This document shows positions 21,514 to 34,489 of a DNA stretch of 64,000 bases, one piece after another (within the stretch, counting starts at the first letter, position 1; each line of letters starts with the position of its first letter). Made by a program: the position numbers and the translations under genes. Location of the stretch: assembly GCA_965637545.1 (NCBI GenBank), contig OZ281497.1, forward strand, positions 22,568,001 through 22,632,000. Direction: 5' to 3'. Origin of the DNA: Phallusia mammillata (lineage: Eukaryota). Below the pieces are notes generated by a model. It saw only the letters and a list, made by a program, of their open reading frames with translations, made no database searches and had not been told where the DNA came from.

Positions 21514-24117
21514 ATTTAAAGTAGTGTGATTGCAATGTAGATGTATGTAATGAAGAAAGTATGAAAACTGTGTATATTTGTAACTATTTTTTGATGTTGA
21601 TCTACACATGATTGTTCTTCATCGCGCTTACTGGAAATATAGTTGAAAACGTTTCGAAGAAAAAAGTTTTGATACATTTTTAGGCAAGTAGAAAGCGTTC
21701 GCGCTTGAGCTATGTAAACTGAGTAACGTAGCCTTGTTGCAATAAAAAGTTGCAAATGATAGATTTAAATTTTCTGAGACCTCTAATAATGCCTTGTTTG
21801 CATTTAATATTTCTAAATTTCCGCCGATTTCAATTGCATTTACAGTTTATTTCATGGTCTATAGTTGTATTTCTTGTACCGTTACATCCGTTAGATGTCT
21901 CCCGAGTGCTTGAAAAAACTTCGAGAGTCTGAGTCGCTTGACCAATACAAAGTCTCAACGCTGATTGCAATTCAAAACCGTGAATTTAAACGGCAATAAA
22001 ACACACAAAGCTTGGCCATGGACTCGGCGGTCAACATAGCAGACTGTCAGTCAAGCAGACTATTGAATTGCATGTTATGCCATGAGGTCTAAAGTTGCTT
22101 GTGTTAAAAGGAAATTTTTGGTGAGCCATGCAATAAAATGGCAATCTCGTAAAACTAAACAAATCACGATATTTCGACACGATGTAACAATCAAAAGATA
22201 AATTTCGAGGTCTTTTTGGCCTAATCTGTGAATCAAATGGGAAATAGCATGCACTTTTGCAATTTAAATTTTACACACTGTTGTTACTAAAACAAAACAA
22301 AAAAAACATTGTGCTGAGCGAGACAGATTTATTTTCAGGTAGCTACAAGTTTGATGCAGGACAAATTCGGTTTGGCGCAAAAAAACACTGTGTTAAACAT
22401 TTTGACAGTAATCTGGTAAAACACTTTCTTTAGTCCGGTACTCGATGCAGAATTGCGTGTCACCATCCAAATATATGTTATATCCTGACAAATCATTTTA
22501 CATTACAGACTATATAAAGTCAATAGTCATAAAGTAAAGTAGACAAGGGACAATGTATAATGTTTGGTTTCAACGAGATTTCTTTCTCTGTTTAAGCAAC
22601 GCGTGGGGAAGTCCCATTTTGCGCTTCTCTCGTTTGCGCGTATCGCGTCTCGGTTGCTTGGTGATCAACAGAAAACGCACTTCGGTGACGTAGCTGTTGT
22701 TTCCTTCAAAAACTATAATTAGTAATTAGTCTATACGTAGGATGGTTAAGCGCTTGACGTAATCTGGAGATGTTTTCAAATTCCTATCTGTGGCATTACA
22801 GCAGTAGTTTGATATGGTTCGTCTGAGAAAATGAGTTTCTTTAAAGTCATCAAAAGGTTTAAAACGTTTTGAAAACAGATTGCTTAGTGCCGTAACACAG
22901 TTAAAATAGAGTAATATTAAATTCAATTATGTGATCTAATTTTAGTAGATTGTATACAACTAAGCAGCTGTATATGTTGAACCCCAGTCATTAATAAAAA
23001 CTACATAAATTTAGAGAGAGAGAGGATTTGCCAGATCATGCATACAATATATTGCACCAAGTGCACACATGTATGCTTCTTGCTCACCACATGGGATATA
23101 AGCAACATCGGTCATATCAACCCCATAGGTAACTCCCAATTGGCCTCTTTTAGAGCAACTGCGGTTTTGGTATTCGATGACGAATGTTGATTATATCGAT
23201 AGGTTTCAGCGAGCTAAAGAATTCTGGAACCAGACACCCATTCTGTACCTGAATTAGAGCAAAATCATTGCTTTGATGTGTCAGTTGTGTTTTAAGCAGT
23301 AAAGTAACAAGCGCTTTTAAAATGTCATGGTGAGTTATAAGATTGTACTTTAAAGTACAAACCGAGCGCGAACGGAAAACGAAAAACGTGTTTTGGTCGC
23401 TCACATTCTTTTTATTAAGGTTTGACCCAAATGTATAGCACAACAAGCAAAAAAGTTTGCTAGTCAACATTTTGACGAATATTTACTTCAAATTTACAAA
23501 GGCCAAAGTCCTTTTACCAGTGCCTAATACTTACTTATGAAGTGCTGCTACATCAAGAGTGAAGTTCCATAGCCTACCGTTTACGCAATACAAATTGTTG
23601 CATCAATAGCAAATAGCACTGTTGATTTTCAAAGCAACAACGTTCAGTGGCAAAATACTGTAGTGAACTTTTATCGTGAAATAACGAAAAGGTCTATCTT
23701 AACGCAGCAAAGGTATCGCGATTATTTACGGGTTCGCTTGATCTGAAATTAAACTAGATTGGAGCAGCTTGGTTTAAACAGGGCAGCTATAGACGTACAC
23801 AACATTTTCAATGATAATTTGGCCTGTTAACCGTTAGGTGTGTACGAAACCACAAATCCAGTAGAATGGTGCAACAAATCTGGTATGCAGTAGATTAAAA
23901 GTACATCAGATTAGTATTAACAAGCATATTCCAGTATTGAAAGTATAGAAATGTTTCTTACATTTGCGACTACGTGATTGACACTTCCATTGATTTGTGG
24001 ACACGTTTTTAAATGTATGCTTTTTCGGCGTAGAAACAAAAAACATAAACATTTAAACGATGTCATTAGATATGTTTTGCTTTTTCAGGTAAAACGCAGG
24101 TTTCAGGTAAATATACT

Positions 24118-24771
24118 ATGGCTACATATTCTTCACGGCACAACACTGCAAGCATTCCTGATATGCAACAAATTTTCCGGTTTTCTGCAATACTGCCAGC
24201 CAAACGAGACCATCATGCAAATGGGCTTTTAATTTATTATTCTCTTAAAAAAAGTTTTGCTGATGGTTACATGTGGCGAGTAAATCTTAATGAAACATAT
24301 AGAGTCAACGTAAGTGGAACAGTGGAAAAATACAAAATTTTAAACGGGCAAGGAGAACCGGTAGAGTTTGATAAAGATGAAGGAAAGGAAGCTATTTCTA
24401 AAACATTTACAAAATGTACAAATGTAGAAATAATATCAGCAGTCAATGCTTCACCTGGGAAAGTAAATTTTAAACAGTTTGCTATAACCTTTCGGTTTCC
24501 CGAAAATTCACTACCACCAACTATTGAAGAAAGGTTTACAATCAACGGCTCCGGTGTGTGGATTAGAACAGGTCCAGTGAACAGCGATAGAGGATGTGTT
24601 TATGGTTTTGCTGAATCTGAAAATGATGTTGGTTTGCTGAAGATGGCGGAAAGCCTAGGAAACTGTTATGGTCGAGAAAATTTGGTGTATGTTGCCAATT
24701 GTTTGATGAAAGAACAATGGCTTAAATTTGCAGAAATAGAAATCCCCCAAACACATTTCCAACAACAATAA
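24118..24771 (+). CDS. Family X protein, subfamily B (217 aa)
   Basis: Full ORF with FRFSA, LIYYSLKKSFADGYMWRV, VSGTVEK, FAITFR, CVYGFAES, GRENLVYVANC. Confidence 0.85.
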   Translation: MATYSSRHNTASIPDMQQIFRFSAILPAKRDHHANGLLIYYSLKKSFADGYMWRVNLNETYRVNVSGTVEKYKILNGQGEPVEFDKDEGKEAISKTFTKCTNVEIISAVNASPGKVNFKQFAITFRFPENSLPPTIEERFTINGSGVWIRTGPVNSDRGCVYGFAESENDVGLLKMAESLGNCYGRENLVYVANCLMKEQWLKFAEIEIPQTHFQQQ

Positions 24772-26688
24772 GAAAAGTTTAGGTGTGATAGCTTTCACCT
24801 CTTTAGTAATTATCTAGTTTATGTTGTACATTTTATTACTGTAGCATATAAAATAGATTTATATGATCAAATAAAGTATTTTTACACAAAAATGACTAAA
24901 GTTCACAAAAAACGAACTGTACTGTATCATTTTGTAATGCATCGCTTTGTAGCTCATCTTTACTTCTTGTTCAAGAAAATGTGTTATTTTTATTCTGGCA
25001 TTGTATGATTTTTGTAGTGTAACTTAAAGGATTTGCAGTGTGTCGTAGTGTTATTTTAACCAATAAAATTTATATAAACAGGTCTCTGTAACATGTTTTG
25101 TAGGGTACAGAAAAAAATCATTTACAAATTTAAAAAAATGTCAGAACGTTAGGAAAGTGCTTTGCCGTAAAAAAAATGTAAAACGCGCAAAAATGCTGTT
25201 TGTTTCGTCACCGATGTGGAAACGTTACTAACTCAACATTTTCAAACGTTATGACAACAACATACCAACTGTAACACAAAAATACAGTAAATCAATCGCT
25301 GAAAATGTTCCTAAATTTATATTTCGTTGCAAACGATTTAGAAACGAAGAAGTTCAAACTAAAGCATCTGAGTTTGTCCTGAGGTGTACATCCTCTTCTT
25401 AAGAATTTTGTTTTATCCTACAGGCCCGACTAAAATATCACCGACTCATTTGAAATCATTTTTCACGATTGGTTACTTTAGCCATACAAAGCCATTTCAT
25501 CATTAATAATTTTGTATTATTATAGCAAAACGTCATTAAGTCAGATATACGCGTCAGACAAGGTCGAGTATAGTTAACTTAATAACCATAAAAGCAAATG
25601 TTTAAACAGCAACCGCTTGTACACCATACAAAAGGGCGGGAATCGTTATCATACTTTGTAGAGCAATGGGGTGTGTTCGCAAGACATGGTATATGTCTTC
25701 CCTATGATTCAAAACTTAAGATCCCGGTTTGTATTCAGGCCAAGTGAAGGTTTGCTAGACTGTAGGTTCCTTTTAGCTGAGTATTATAGTAGCAGTAATG
25801 GAAAAGCGCAGCACTGACAAGTCATTAGACCGTGTTGTCAGTGATTTAAAAGCATTGCTTTAAATTAACTTAGCAGCAAAAGCATTTAAAATTTGGTTTG
25901 TACACTCGATAAAGATGCATTTTCAATTGGGATCAGTCCTGAAGTGTTTCTAAGCTTGTGTAGTAATCGAATTAACCCTTGTTTTAGCTTAAAAATCAAA
26001 TTAAAGATTTTATTTAAAATGCATGATTGTAAATTCTTTCTAAGTCAGTAAGCTCATTTTCTGGTAGAGCAACCATACGTTATATTATGACAGAAAGAAT
26101 CATAAACCAGTTAACTGCAAAGTTTTTGGGGGCTAAATTTTCTTAATTATTTACAAGTGAACCTTCAGTGACCGTGATTTAAATGTTACACGTTTTGTAC
26201 AAATTTTATTGTTAACAAAGCCGACCTGTGATATTTAACAGCAAGCTTGGATCAAAGTCCACCGAAACATGTAGTTTATTTTCCACGAACACTGGTTTGT
26301 CGTTTACGTGGGTTTCGTTGTTGCAAAAATAAAGGGCGCAGCTATTTCAAATTCGGACTACATACAAATCGGGTGAGATGTTCGGTTTCAAATATATATT
26401 TCCTTTTTCCTATGATTTATTACATTATATTATTGGTTGTCAAAAACTTACAAGGCCTTTGTGTACTACAATACAACGTAAACATTTGTTAGTAAAGTAC
26501 AAGTCAAGTTACGTTTGACTTACTATGAACGAGTTGTTTACACAATTGCAAATTGTCTGATAAATTTGGGTTAGAAACTTTTGTATGAATGCACATTGTC
26601 TTTGTACCTGTAGCTTGTAAATTGATCTAATTTTCTTTGCCTTACTTGGGCATGTTTTTTTTACTTTCGATTAAATACTTTTGTAATA

Positions 26689-27285
26689 ATGGCGTCAGCA
26701 ACCGAAGATTCTGTTCATTTTTTGGTGCAAAAATTCAAGTTTTCGGTGACTCTTGAGAACCCCAAGGCAGCATATTTTTGAGGAAATGTGATTTATTATT
26801 CTATGGATGGAATTTGGTGGAGAGTTGTGGTGGAACCTACCTATGAACGCAACGTTAAGGGAACGGCAGAAAAACTGGATAAAAATGGTAGCACCAAAGA
26901 GGAAGCAGAATGGATCCTTCAACGTGTCTTTACACGGAGCACTGTTGACAAAATCGAACAAGTTTCCCAAAGAGCCACGAGATTCACAACCTGCAGTGAT
27001 TCACAACCTGCTGTTTTAGAGAATTGGATTGACGTAAACCTTCCAAATCTAGGTGATAGTGGTGTAAACATAAAAACGGGTAGTTTGGCAGAAGAACCAT
27101 CTGTCCAATGTGTGTATGGTTTAGCTGAGTCATTGGAATCTGTCCCGTTGTTAACTGTCGTAAACTTACTAAGGAATCATTTTGGTCGTGCGAACCTGAG
27201 GTGTGTGCTAAAATGCACGAACCAAGAAGCTTGGTTCAACTATGCTGGCATACAGTACATTTCAAGTACTGTAAATGCAATGTAG
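26689..27285 (+). pseudogene. Family X near-intact pseudogene (subfamily C)
   Basis: ATG at 26689 is in frame with ORF 26788..27285, with one TGA at 26779-26781. The VAFTLRN motif is replaced by a local duplication of gattcacaacctgc. Confidence 0.8.
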
Positions 27286-27992
27286 AACCTAATAAAGAGA
27301 ATATAAAAAAACTGTATATATTTGTGATTGGTTTCTTGCTTAGTATGTTCATGATTGCTTTTTCAAACGTAGTTGAAATACAATTGTAAATGTTTTGAAC
27401 TAAGGGGTTTGAAGATTTTCTTAGGTAAGCAGAAAGAGGCTAATTGCCACCGACATAATCTTGGAATAAACAAGTTGAGTAAGAAAGGTTAATTGTCATT
27501 GTAACATGCGAATGATTTCTTGCACAAAATATTTTACTTCGTTTTCTGTTTCGAAAAACATCTTGAGCAAAGCGGATTGAATTCCACTTAATAAAACTTT
27601 TTAATTGAACTCCTTATAAATGCCTTTATTTGTACTTAACATTCTTTAAAACCCTATTAAAATCGTATTTAGAGTTTTCTTGGTATGTAGTTGTATTACA
27701 TATAGAGTTATGTTCGTTAGGTGTCGCCCGAGTGCTTGGAAAACTTTGATCATGCTGTTGTTTGAGTCTGTGGCGCTTTGACCCACACAAAGTTCCAATC
27801 CTGTACGTCTACAACCAGAAACGTCTAGAACTTAAACAACCTGATACAAAATAACATACAGCTGAACCTTCAATCCATTCTTAACGCCAGCGAATAACAG
27901 TTTAATTTTTTTCCTTTACCAAAGTGTACTTGTGGGGATTTTCAAATAAAACGTGTTTTGATGCATGATTAGAAGACCTAATATACCTACAG

Positions 27993-28293
27993 CAGGGGTG
28001 TGCAACCTTTGTTACTGTAGGGCCAATTATAAATGTCAAAATTGGATCGCGGGCCGCACATGTGCATAACCCAAAGTGATTTTGCTTTGTTTCTTACCAA
28101 ATATGCTTAACTACAAGTATAATTCGTATTTGATTCTAGCCACATTTTGCCAGATCGCAGAAAACTAGCATCAGGCGCATTAATCAGCTTAAAAATATGT
28201 AATAATCGGACTCGTTTGCCAGTACTTTTGAAATCCAAGCGTCTCTGCGGGCCGTATAACCTTTAATGAAGGGCCGCAGATTGCCCACCCCTG
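27993..28293. mobile_element. hAT (Buster-type) MITE (301 bp)
   Basis: TIRs caggggtgtgcaacc / gattgcccacccctg. Perfect TSD acctacag. Empty paralogous sites near 11350 and 15600. Confidence 0.88.
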
Positions 28294-28402
28294 ACCTACA
28301 GTAATGCAATTCCACTGTGAGGCGGATCTAAAGTTTCGTTTTGCAACACGTTAGTGTGACTAATTTGTTTTCAAGATGTACGTCACTTTTATCACTGTAG
28401 AG

Positions 28403-29567
28403 CAGTGGTTCTTATAGTATGGGCCCAAACACGGGTCGCGCAGGGTCGGAAAATGGGTCGCGCTATGGCGAATCAATTCTGCCCAAACGAACTATTAATG
28501 CATTAAGTAAACTCGACCACGTTGTACAGTAAAGTGCCCAATCATTACCACATACAGAAAATAACCTTCCAATTTTACTGTGACGCACATGGCGATTGTA
28601 ACGTCATTGCACGGGATGTAATAGGACAAGTTAATCATGCGAAACTGAACGTGGAGATGTAACAGCGTTTAATGATGAGTAAGTAATCGTACCTGGAAAA
28701 GTTTTTAGATTTGGAATTTACTTCTCTTAATGATCATGGTGCCGCCAAGTCGCAATGTGTGCTGTGTTATGCACTGTTGTCGAAAGAATCGAGAGCCCAT
28801 TTAAAGAGCTCGTTAAGCCTGCAGCCATTTTGTCATGGCCAGACTCCTAAGCGGCGACGACGTGGCCTCGAAATTGCCATTCGTCTCGTTATCGAACAGC
28901 CCAGGTATCACAGAGCTTTCACTGAATATAAAATATAAAGTGGTCTCCCGAATGAAAAATATAGCCGTGCATTGAAGATATTATGAAGGAAAAAATTCGC
29001 TTTTATTAATCACATTAAATAAATAAACCATTTGTTTGTTATAAATCATTGTTTGATAGTACTGTGTACCATAGGTGCCGAGTAGGCGGTGGCTGGTTTG
29101 TGACGTCAAACACACAATTGTCTGACAGTTAATGTTGGACCGCTGCTGTGTGCAAATGTGTTGTAATAAATGATTAATCTTGACGAAACATTTTTTAAAC
29201 GTTGTTGAGCTAATGATAAACGTTACAGCAACGTGTTGAAATTGCCAACTCCACATTATTTCAAACATCTTTTTTCTAATTTTGACGAGCGTTGTATTAT
29301 ATGAAAGTTTGTTTAGCTTTGAATTTGTGTTCTTATGGTTGCACGCATTATTGACGTCACACAAAATGACGTCATATTTTATGTCAGCCACCTTGCAATT
29401 TTGTAAAACTCGGCGCCTATGTTGTGTACTTTAACTGGTTGTCTGTGTCTTTTTCTATTTCATGCATTTTAGAAAAAACAAACATTTTTTTAATGTTGAG
29501 ACTTGGGTCGTGAGATGTCCATAAAACTCAGATTTGGGTCGCGGCCAAAAAAGTTTGAGAACCACTG
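28403..29567 (+). mobile_element. hAT Charlie/Buster deletion derivative with BED-finger remnant (1165 bp)
   Basis: TIRs cagtggttctta / tgagaaccactg. TSD ctgtagag / ctttagag. Internal LEFTSLNDHGAAKSQCVLCYALLSKES resembles the N-terminal BED finger of Buster-type transposases. Empty sites near 11450 and 33710. Confidence 0.8.
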
Positions 29568-30503
29568 CTTTAGAGTCATGTAAGGTACTATTAAAATCAC
29601 ATAAGTGGGAAGCTGCGAATGATGATTCATTACCTTACGTAGTTTGACTTTGCGTGGTTAAACGCCTGGTGTAATATAATAGTGTTTTGACGATTGTTTT
29701 GACTTTGGAGTGAATAAAATCGGCCTAGTTGGAGGTTGTTGTGAGCCTATGTCTGAGATCTAAAACTTAATTCGCATACCAAATGTTTGTGTATATAATG
29801 ACGCGTGGATAAGGTTACTGCATTCTGTAAATATATCCTGCAGAAACAGTTATTCAGCACCTGATTTACAGCCAAATAAAATGTCCGTAGCTCTTTGAAT
29901 TAAAAAAAACGAGAGAAAAGTTATTTTAAAGAGTATTGTTGCACCATAAGCAAATAACATTGTTGCATTTAATCGCAACAACTTTCAGTACCATCGCAGT
30001 GCACTGAGCTGCAATCGTGGGGTAGTGAAAACGGCTTTTTACGTGCAGGTTTGTTTCAAAATATAGCTAAATGTAACAAAGATGTTAGGGGATTAATTAG
30101 GATTAACAAATTAAATGTAACTGTTCTTGACCGAGAATTAGAATGAATTTAGTAGATTGTATGACGCATGTTGATTATTTCGATAGGTTTCAGCGAGCCA
30201 AAGAATTCCCGAAACAAACACCCATTCTGCACCTGAATTAGAGCAAAATCATTGCTTTGATGTGTCAGAATAGTGTTTTAAGCAGTAAAGTCACAAGCGC
30301 TTTCAAAATGTCATGGTGAGTTATAAGATTGTACTTTAAAGTACAAACCGAGCGCGAACGATAAACAAAAAACGTGTTTTGGTCGCTCACATTCTTTTTA
30401 TTGAGGTTTGACCCAAATGTATCGCACAACCAGCAAAAAGTTTGCTAGTCAAAATTTTGACGAATATTTACTTTAAATTTACGAAGGTCAAAGTCCTTTT
30501 AAC

Positions 30504-31005
30504 TAGAGATGTACCGAATATTTGGTTTGCCGAGTTTATTCGGCCGAATCGCTCATTTTTGCAAAGATTCGGTTTCGGCCGGATAACTTGTTGCGATCCG
30601 GCCGAAACCGAATCTTTTACGAACACAAATTTGAAGCGTCAAACGTGTATTTTCTGCTTATTAGGCTGCCACGCAATCTTTTATAAGCCCAAACATAACT
30701 AAAATCGCTTCGCTTTTTATGTTTTTCAACACATTATCGTTTTTCCCACTGTTGTAAAAAAATTAGTAAATTATTGGCAGGTTGCCAATCATTCTTGAGG
30801 CAATTTTAAACCTCACAGAACTGAAATGAGGACGAAACAGAACTATTCTGCACTAATTTACTGGTAGATTTCATGTGAAACGGGTAGCGCAAGGCTTCTC
30901 GTGACGTCATAAATGATTCGGTTGATTCGGCCGAATTTATTCGGCAAAACCGCCGAATATTCGGTTTCGGCCGAATCGAAATTTAGCCGATTCGGTACAT
31001 CACTG
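30504..31005. mobile_element. hAT-type MITE (502 bp)
   Basis: TIRs tagagatgtaccgaat / attcggtacatcactg. Perfect TSD cttttaac. Empty site in the paralogous block at ~23510 (aagtccttttaccagtgcctaat). Confidence 0.9.
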
Positions 31006-31644
31006 CTTTTAACAGTGCCTAATATTTACTTATGAAGTGCTGCTTCATCACAAGTAAAGCAAGTTTCCATAGTCAATCATTTGCGCAATACAAATTGTTG
31101 CATCAATAGCAAATTACACTGATGATTTTCAAAGCAACAACGTTCAGTGGCAAAATACTGTAGTGAACTTTTATCGTGGGATAACGAAATGGTCCATTTT
31201 AACGTAGCAAAGGTATCGCGAGTATTTACGGGTTCGCTTCATCTGAAATTAAAATAGGCTTAGGCAGCTTGTATTAAACAGGGCAGCTTTAGGCGTTTAA
31301 AAAACATGTTGAATGATATTTGACCCTGTAAACGTTAGGTGTGTGTCCGAAACCAAAAATCCAGTAGAATGATGCAACAAAGCTGATATGCAGAAGAATA
31401 AAAGTACTCAAGATTGGCATTAAGAAGCGTATTCCAGTATTGAAAGTGTAGAAATGTTTGTTAATTTTGCGACTAGCGTGGGTGATTGACACGTCCATTG
31501 ATTTATGTATTCCTTTTTAATTGTCTGCTAATTTGCCGTAGAAGTTTAAAAATAATATTAAAAATAATACAATGTCAATAGAAATGTTTTGCTTTTCAGT
31601 GGTAAGCACCTTTTGAGTTAAACAAATTTTACACTTCATTTGCC

Positions 31645-32301
31645 ATGGCTAAATGTTCTACACAGGACACTACTGCAAGCATTCCTGGAATGAGAAAAAA
31701 ATTCCAGTTTTCAGCAAAACTGCCCGACAAACGAGACTATTATGCAAAGGGGGTTTTGATATATTATTCTCTTAAAAAAAGTTTTGCTGCCGGTTACATG
31801 TGGCGAGTAAATCTTCAAAAAACATATAGCGTCAACGTAAGTGGATCAGTGGAAAAATACAAAATTTCAAACGGGCGAGGAGAACCGGTAGAGTTTTATA
31901 AAGATGAAGCAAAGGAAGCTATTTCTAAAACATTTACGAACTGCACAAAAGTAGAAATAACAACGACATTGAAGGATGTGCCTAAAAAAGTTTATTGGGA
32001 TCAATTTGCCATTACCTTTCATTTTGCTGGCGATACACTACCATCTACTGATGAAAGTACTGATGAAAGCAGGTTTATCATAAACGTCCCTGGAGAATCT
32101 CCGAGAAAAATTCGAACAGGCCCATTAAACAGCGACAGAGGATGTGTTTATGGTTTTGTCGAATTTACAAATGATGTAGCCTTGCTCGACGTTGTGCAGC
32201 AGCTAGGCGACAAACAAGGTCGAGAAAATGTAGTGTACGTGGCCAAGTGTTTAAACAAGATAAAATGGCTACAATTTACAGGAATAGAAACAGGCACTTA
32301 A
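31645..32301 (+). CDS. Family X protein, subfamily B (218 aa)
   Basis: Full ORF, close paralog of 24118..24771. Upstream ~1 kb also duplicated (23150-24100 vs 30170-31620). Confidence 0.85.
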   Translation: MAKCSTQDTTASIPGMRKKFQFSAKLPDKRDYYAKGVLIYYSLKKSFAAGYMWRVNLQKTYSVNVSGSVEKYKISNGRGEPVEFYKDEAKEAISKTFTNCTKVEITTTLKDVPKKVYWDQFAITFHFAGDTLPSTDESTDESRFIINVPGESPRKIRTGPLNSDRGCVYGFVEFTNDVALLDVVQQLGDKQGRENVVYVAKCLNKIKWLQFTGIETGT

Positions 32302-32721
32302 AAACACCAATGAAAAATTATAGTTTAATAGTCTTGGAAATTGTCTGATTAAAAACTTTAAAGTTGTTTATTTAGTTACTGTAGCACGTAAATTAAATAA
32401 ATAAGATATGATAATCCAAGCATTTAAAAATATAGCATAAATAAAGTTATCTACTGTACTGTATTTCGCTGTAATGTAGCTTTGTGATTTTTTTTTTGAG
32501 AAATGATTTACTCCATCGTAGCATACAATGATTTTGCCGTGCACGTTGGAAAGGCAATTTGTAGTTTGCTGCAGTGCAATGTTTTATCAATAAAAATGTG
32601 TGTGACACGTCTTTACAGATTGAAAACAAAACGGTCTACAAAATTGAAGAGTTTCCATGTAACGGAAGTTGTGCAACATTACAACAAACGCATTGCAAAC
32701 TTAATTTACCAGCAGGTAGAC

Positions 32722-32861
32722 AATCTGCACCGTTGTTAACTGTCGCAAACTTACTTTGTGATCATTTTGGTCGCGCAAACCTTAGGTGTGTGTTAGAATG
32801 TACGAACAAAGGAGCTTGGTGCAAATATGTTGGCATAAATACTAAATTTAAAGTAGTGTGA
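32722..32861 (+). pseudogene. Family X 3' fragment
   Basis: SAPLLTVANLLCDHFGRANLRCVLECTNKGAWCKYVGI with no 5' part. Confidence 0.75.
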
Positions 32862-33829
32862 TTGCAATGTAGATGTGTCTTATGAAGAAAGCATAAAAAA
32901 CGGAATACTTGTTTGGATTCTTTTTTCGTATGTTCATGATTGCTTTTTACACATGTAGTTAAAATACAATTGCAAATGTTTTGAAATAAAGGCCTAAAGG
33001 TCTTTATTTAGGCAAAGAGAAGATTGGCTCGTAATTTCTGCCGACATTATCACAAGCGCTCTGTATGAACAAGTTGAGTAACAAAGGCCAATTGCCATTG
33101 TAACATGCGAATGAATTTTTGTGCGAAATTTGTGCTTCGTTTTCCGCTTCAAAAATCTAAACATCTTAATAAGCAAACCGGATACCTTATTAATCTTTTC
33201 ATCTAAACCCCGTATAAATGCCTTTATTTGCACTTATTATTTCCTAAAACCCGATTCAAATTGTATTCACAGTTTTCTTGATCTGTATAATTGTGTTACC
33301 CATATACCGTTAAGTTATGTTGGGTGTCACCCGAGCTTGATTCGGAGAAACTTCTATCAAGTTGTTGTTGGAAAGATCTGAAGCACTTTGACCCACACAA
33401 GGTGCTAATCCTGTATGTTCAAATACTGGAAGCATTTCGAAGTTAAACAACTTTATAAACAATACCATAAAGCTTTACCCTCAACCCTTTTCATTATGCC
33501 AGCGAATAAAAGTTTAAGTTTTTCGTACAACTTTCGTTTGCCTTTCGTAAGTGTGCGTGTGAATTAATAAATGTGTTTTGATGAATCATTTGAGGTATAA
33601 TAAACTGCAGTATAATGAAATTCCACCGCGAGACGGATCTAAAGATTCGTTTGGCAACACGTACAGTGTGACAAATTTGTGTTCATGATAATTTACCTCA
33701 CTTTTATCACTGTACAGTCATTTAAGTTGCTATTTAAATCACATAAGGGAAGCTGTAATTTCCTGTAACTCGATTTTACTGCGAATGATGAATCATTAGT
33801 CTACTTAGTTTAACTTTGCGTGGTTAAAC

Positions 33830-34038
33830 ATGGTATAAACGTAAAGACAAGCGAAGACACAGAGGAAGAATCAGTTCAATGTGTGTATGGTGTTGTTCAA
33901 GTATTTTCCCATGCACCTTTTTTGTTGTTAACTGTGGTAAATATGCTGGGTGATCATTTTGGTCGTGAAAACGTAAGGTATGATGTGTCCGAATACATCA
34001 GTCCAGGTGGTTGGAGTACTTATGCTCCTATCTTGTAA
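33830..34038 (+). pseudogene. Family X 3' fragment
   Basis: GINVKTSEDTEEESVQCVYGVVQ...LLTVVNMLGDHFGRENVRYDVSEYISPGGWSTYAPIL* joined directly to 3'-flank sequence of another copy. Confidence 0.75.
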
Positions 34039-34489
34039 CTTACGAATGGTAAGTTTGTCACTAATATCTTATGTAGAACATGTACAAATAACTTCATGAT
34101 TATTTTGTATTTTGATGTGTTTATTGGCTATTAGCTAACTGAAAATTAGCAATATTATCCCACTTTTGTGTAATAAAGAATTACAAATATGCTTATATTG
34201 TTAAATACAAGTTTATGATTAAATTCTGATTTATCCTTGTTGATTTGTTCCTTATCTTTATAATAAAATAAATTCGCCGACCTCAAGCGTTTACATTTGT
34301 TGACACATTGGTTACACCAAGCACTACTCAAGTAGACAAAAAAGACAAAGCAAACTTGAAACAGAGAAAAACATTAATTTCCAAATTGTTTTGAAAGTAA
34401 GAAACAGTAACATCATTAAGAAATATTTCGTAATGGTTCGTAGTCGTGATAACTATTAAAGCCACTGTTTAAACTGTCCAGAGCAGTTA

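Noticed and set aside
26779-26781. In-frame TGA in an X copy as possible selenocysteine
   Set aside because: The position is not Cys in paralogs, no SECIS was recognised, and this copy has also lost the VAFTLRN motif.
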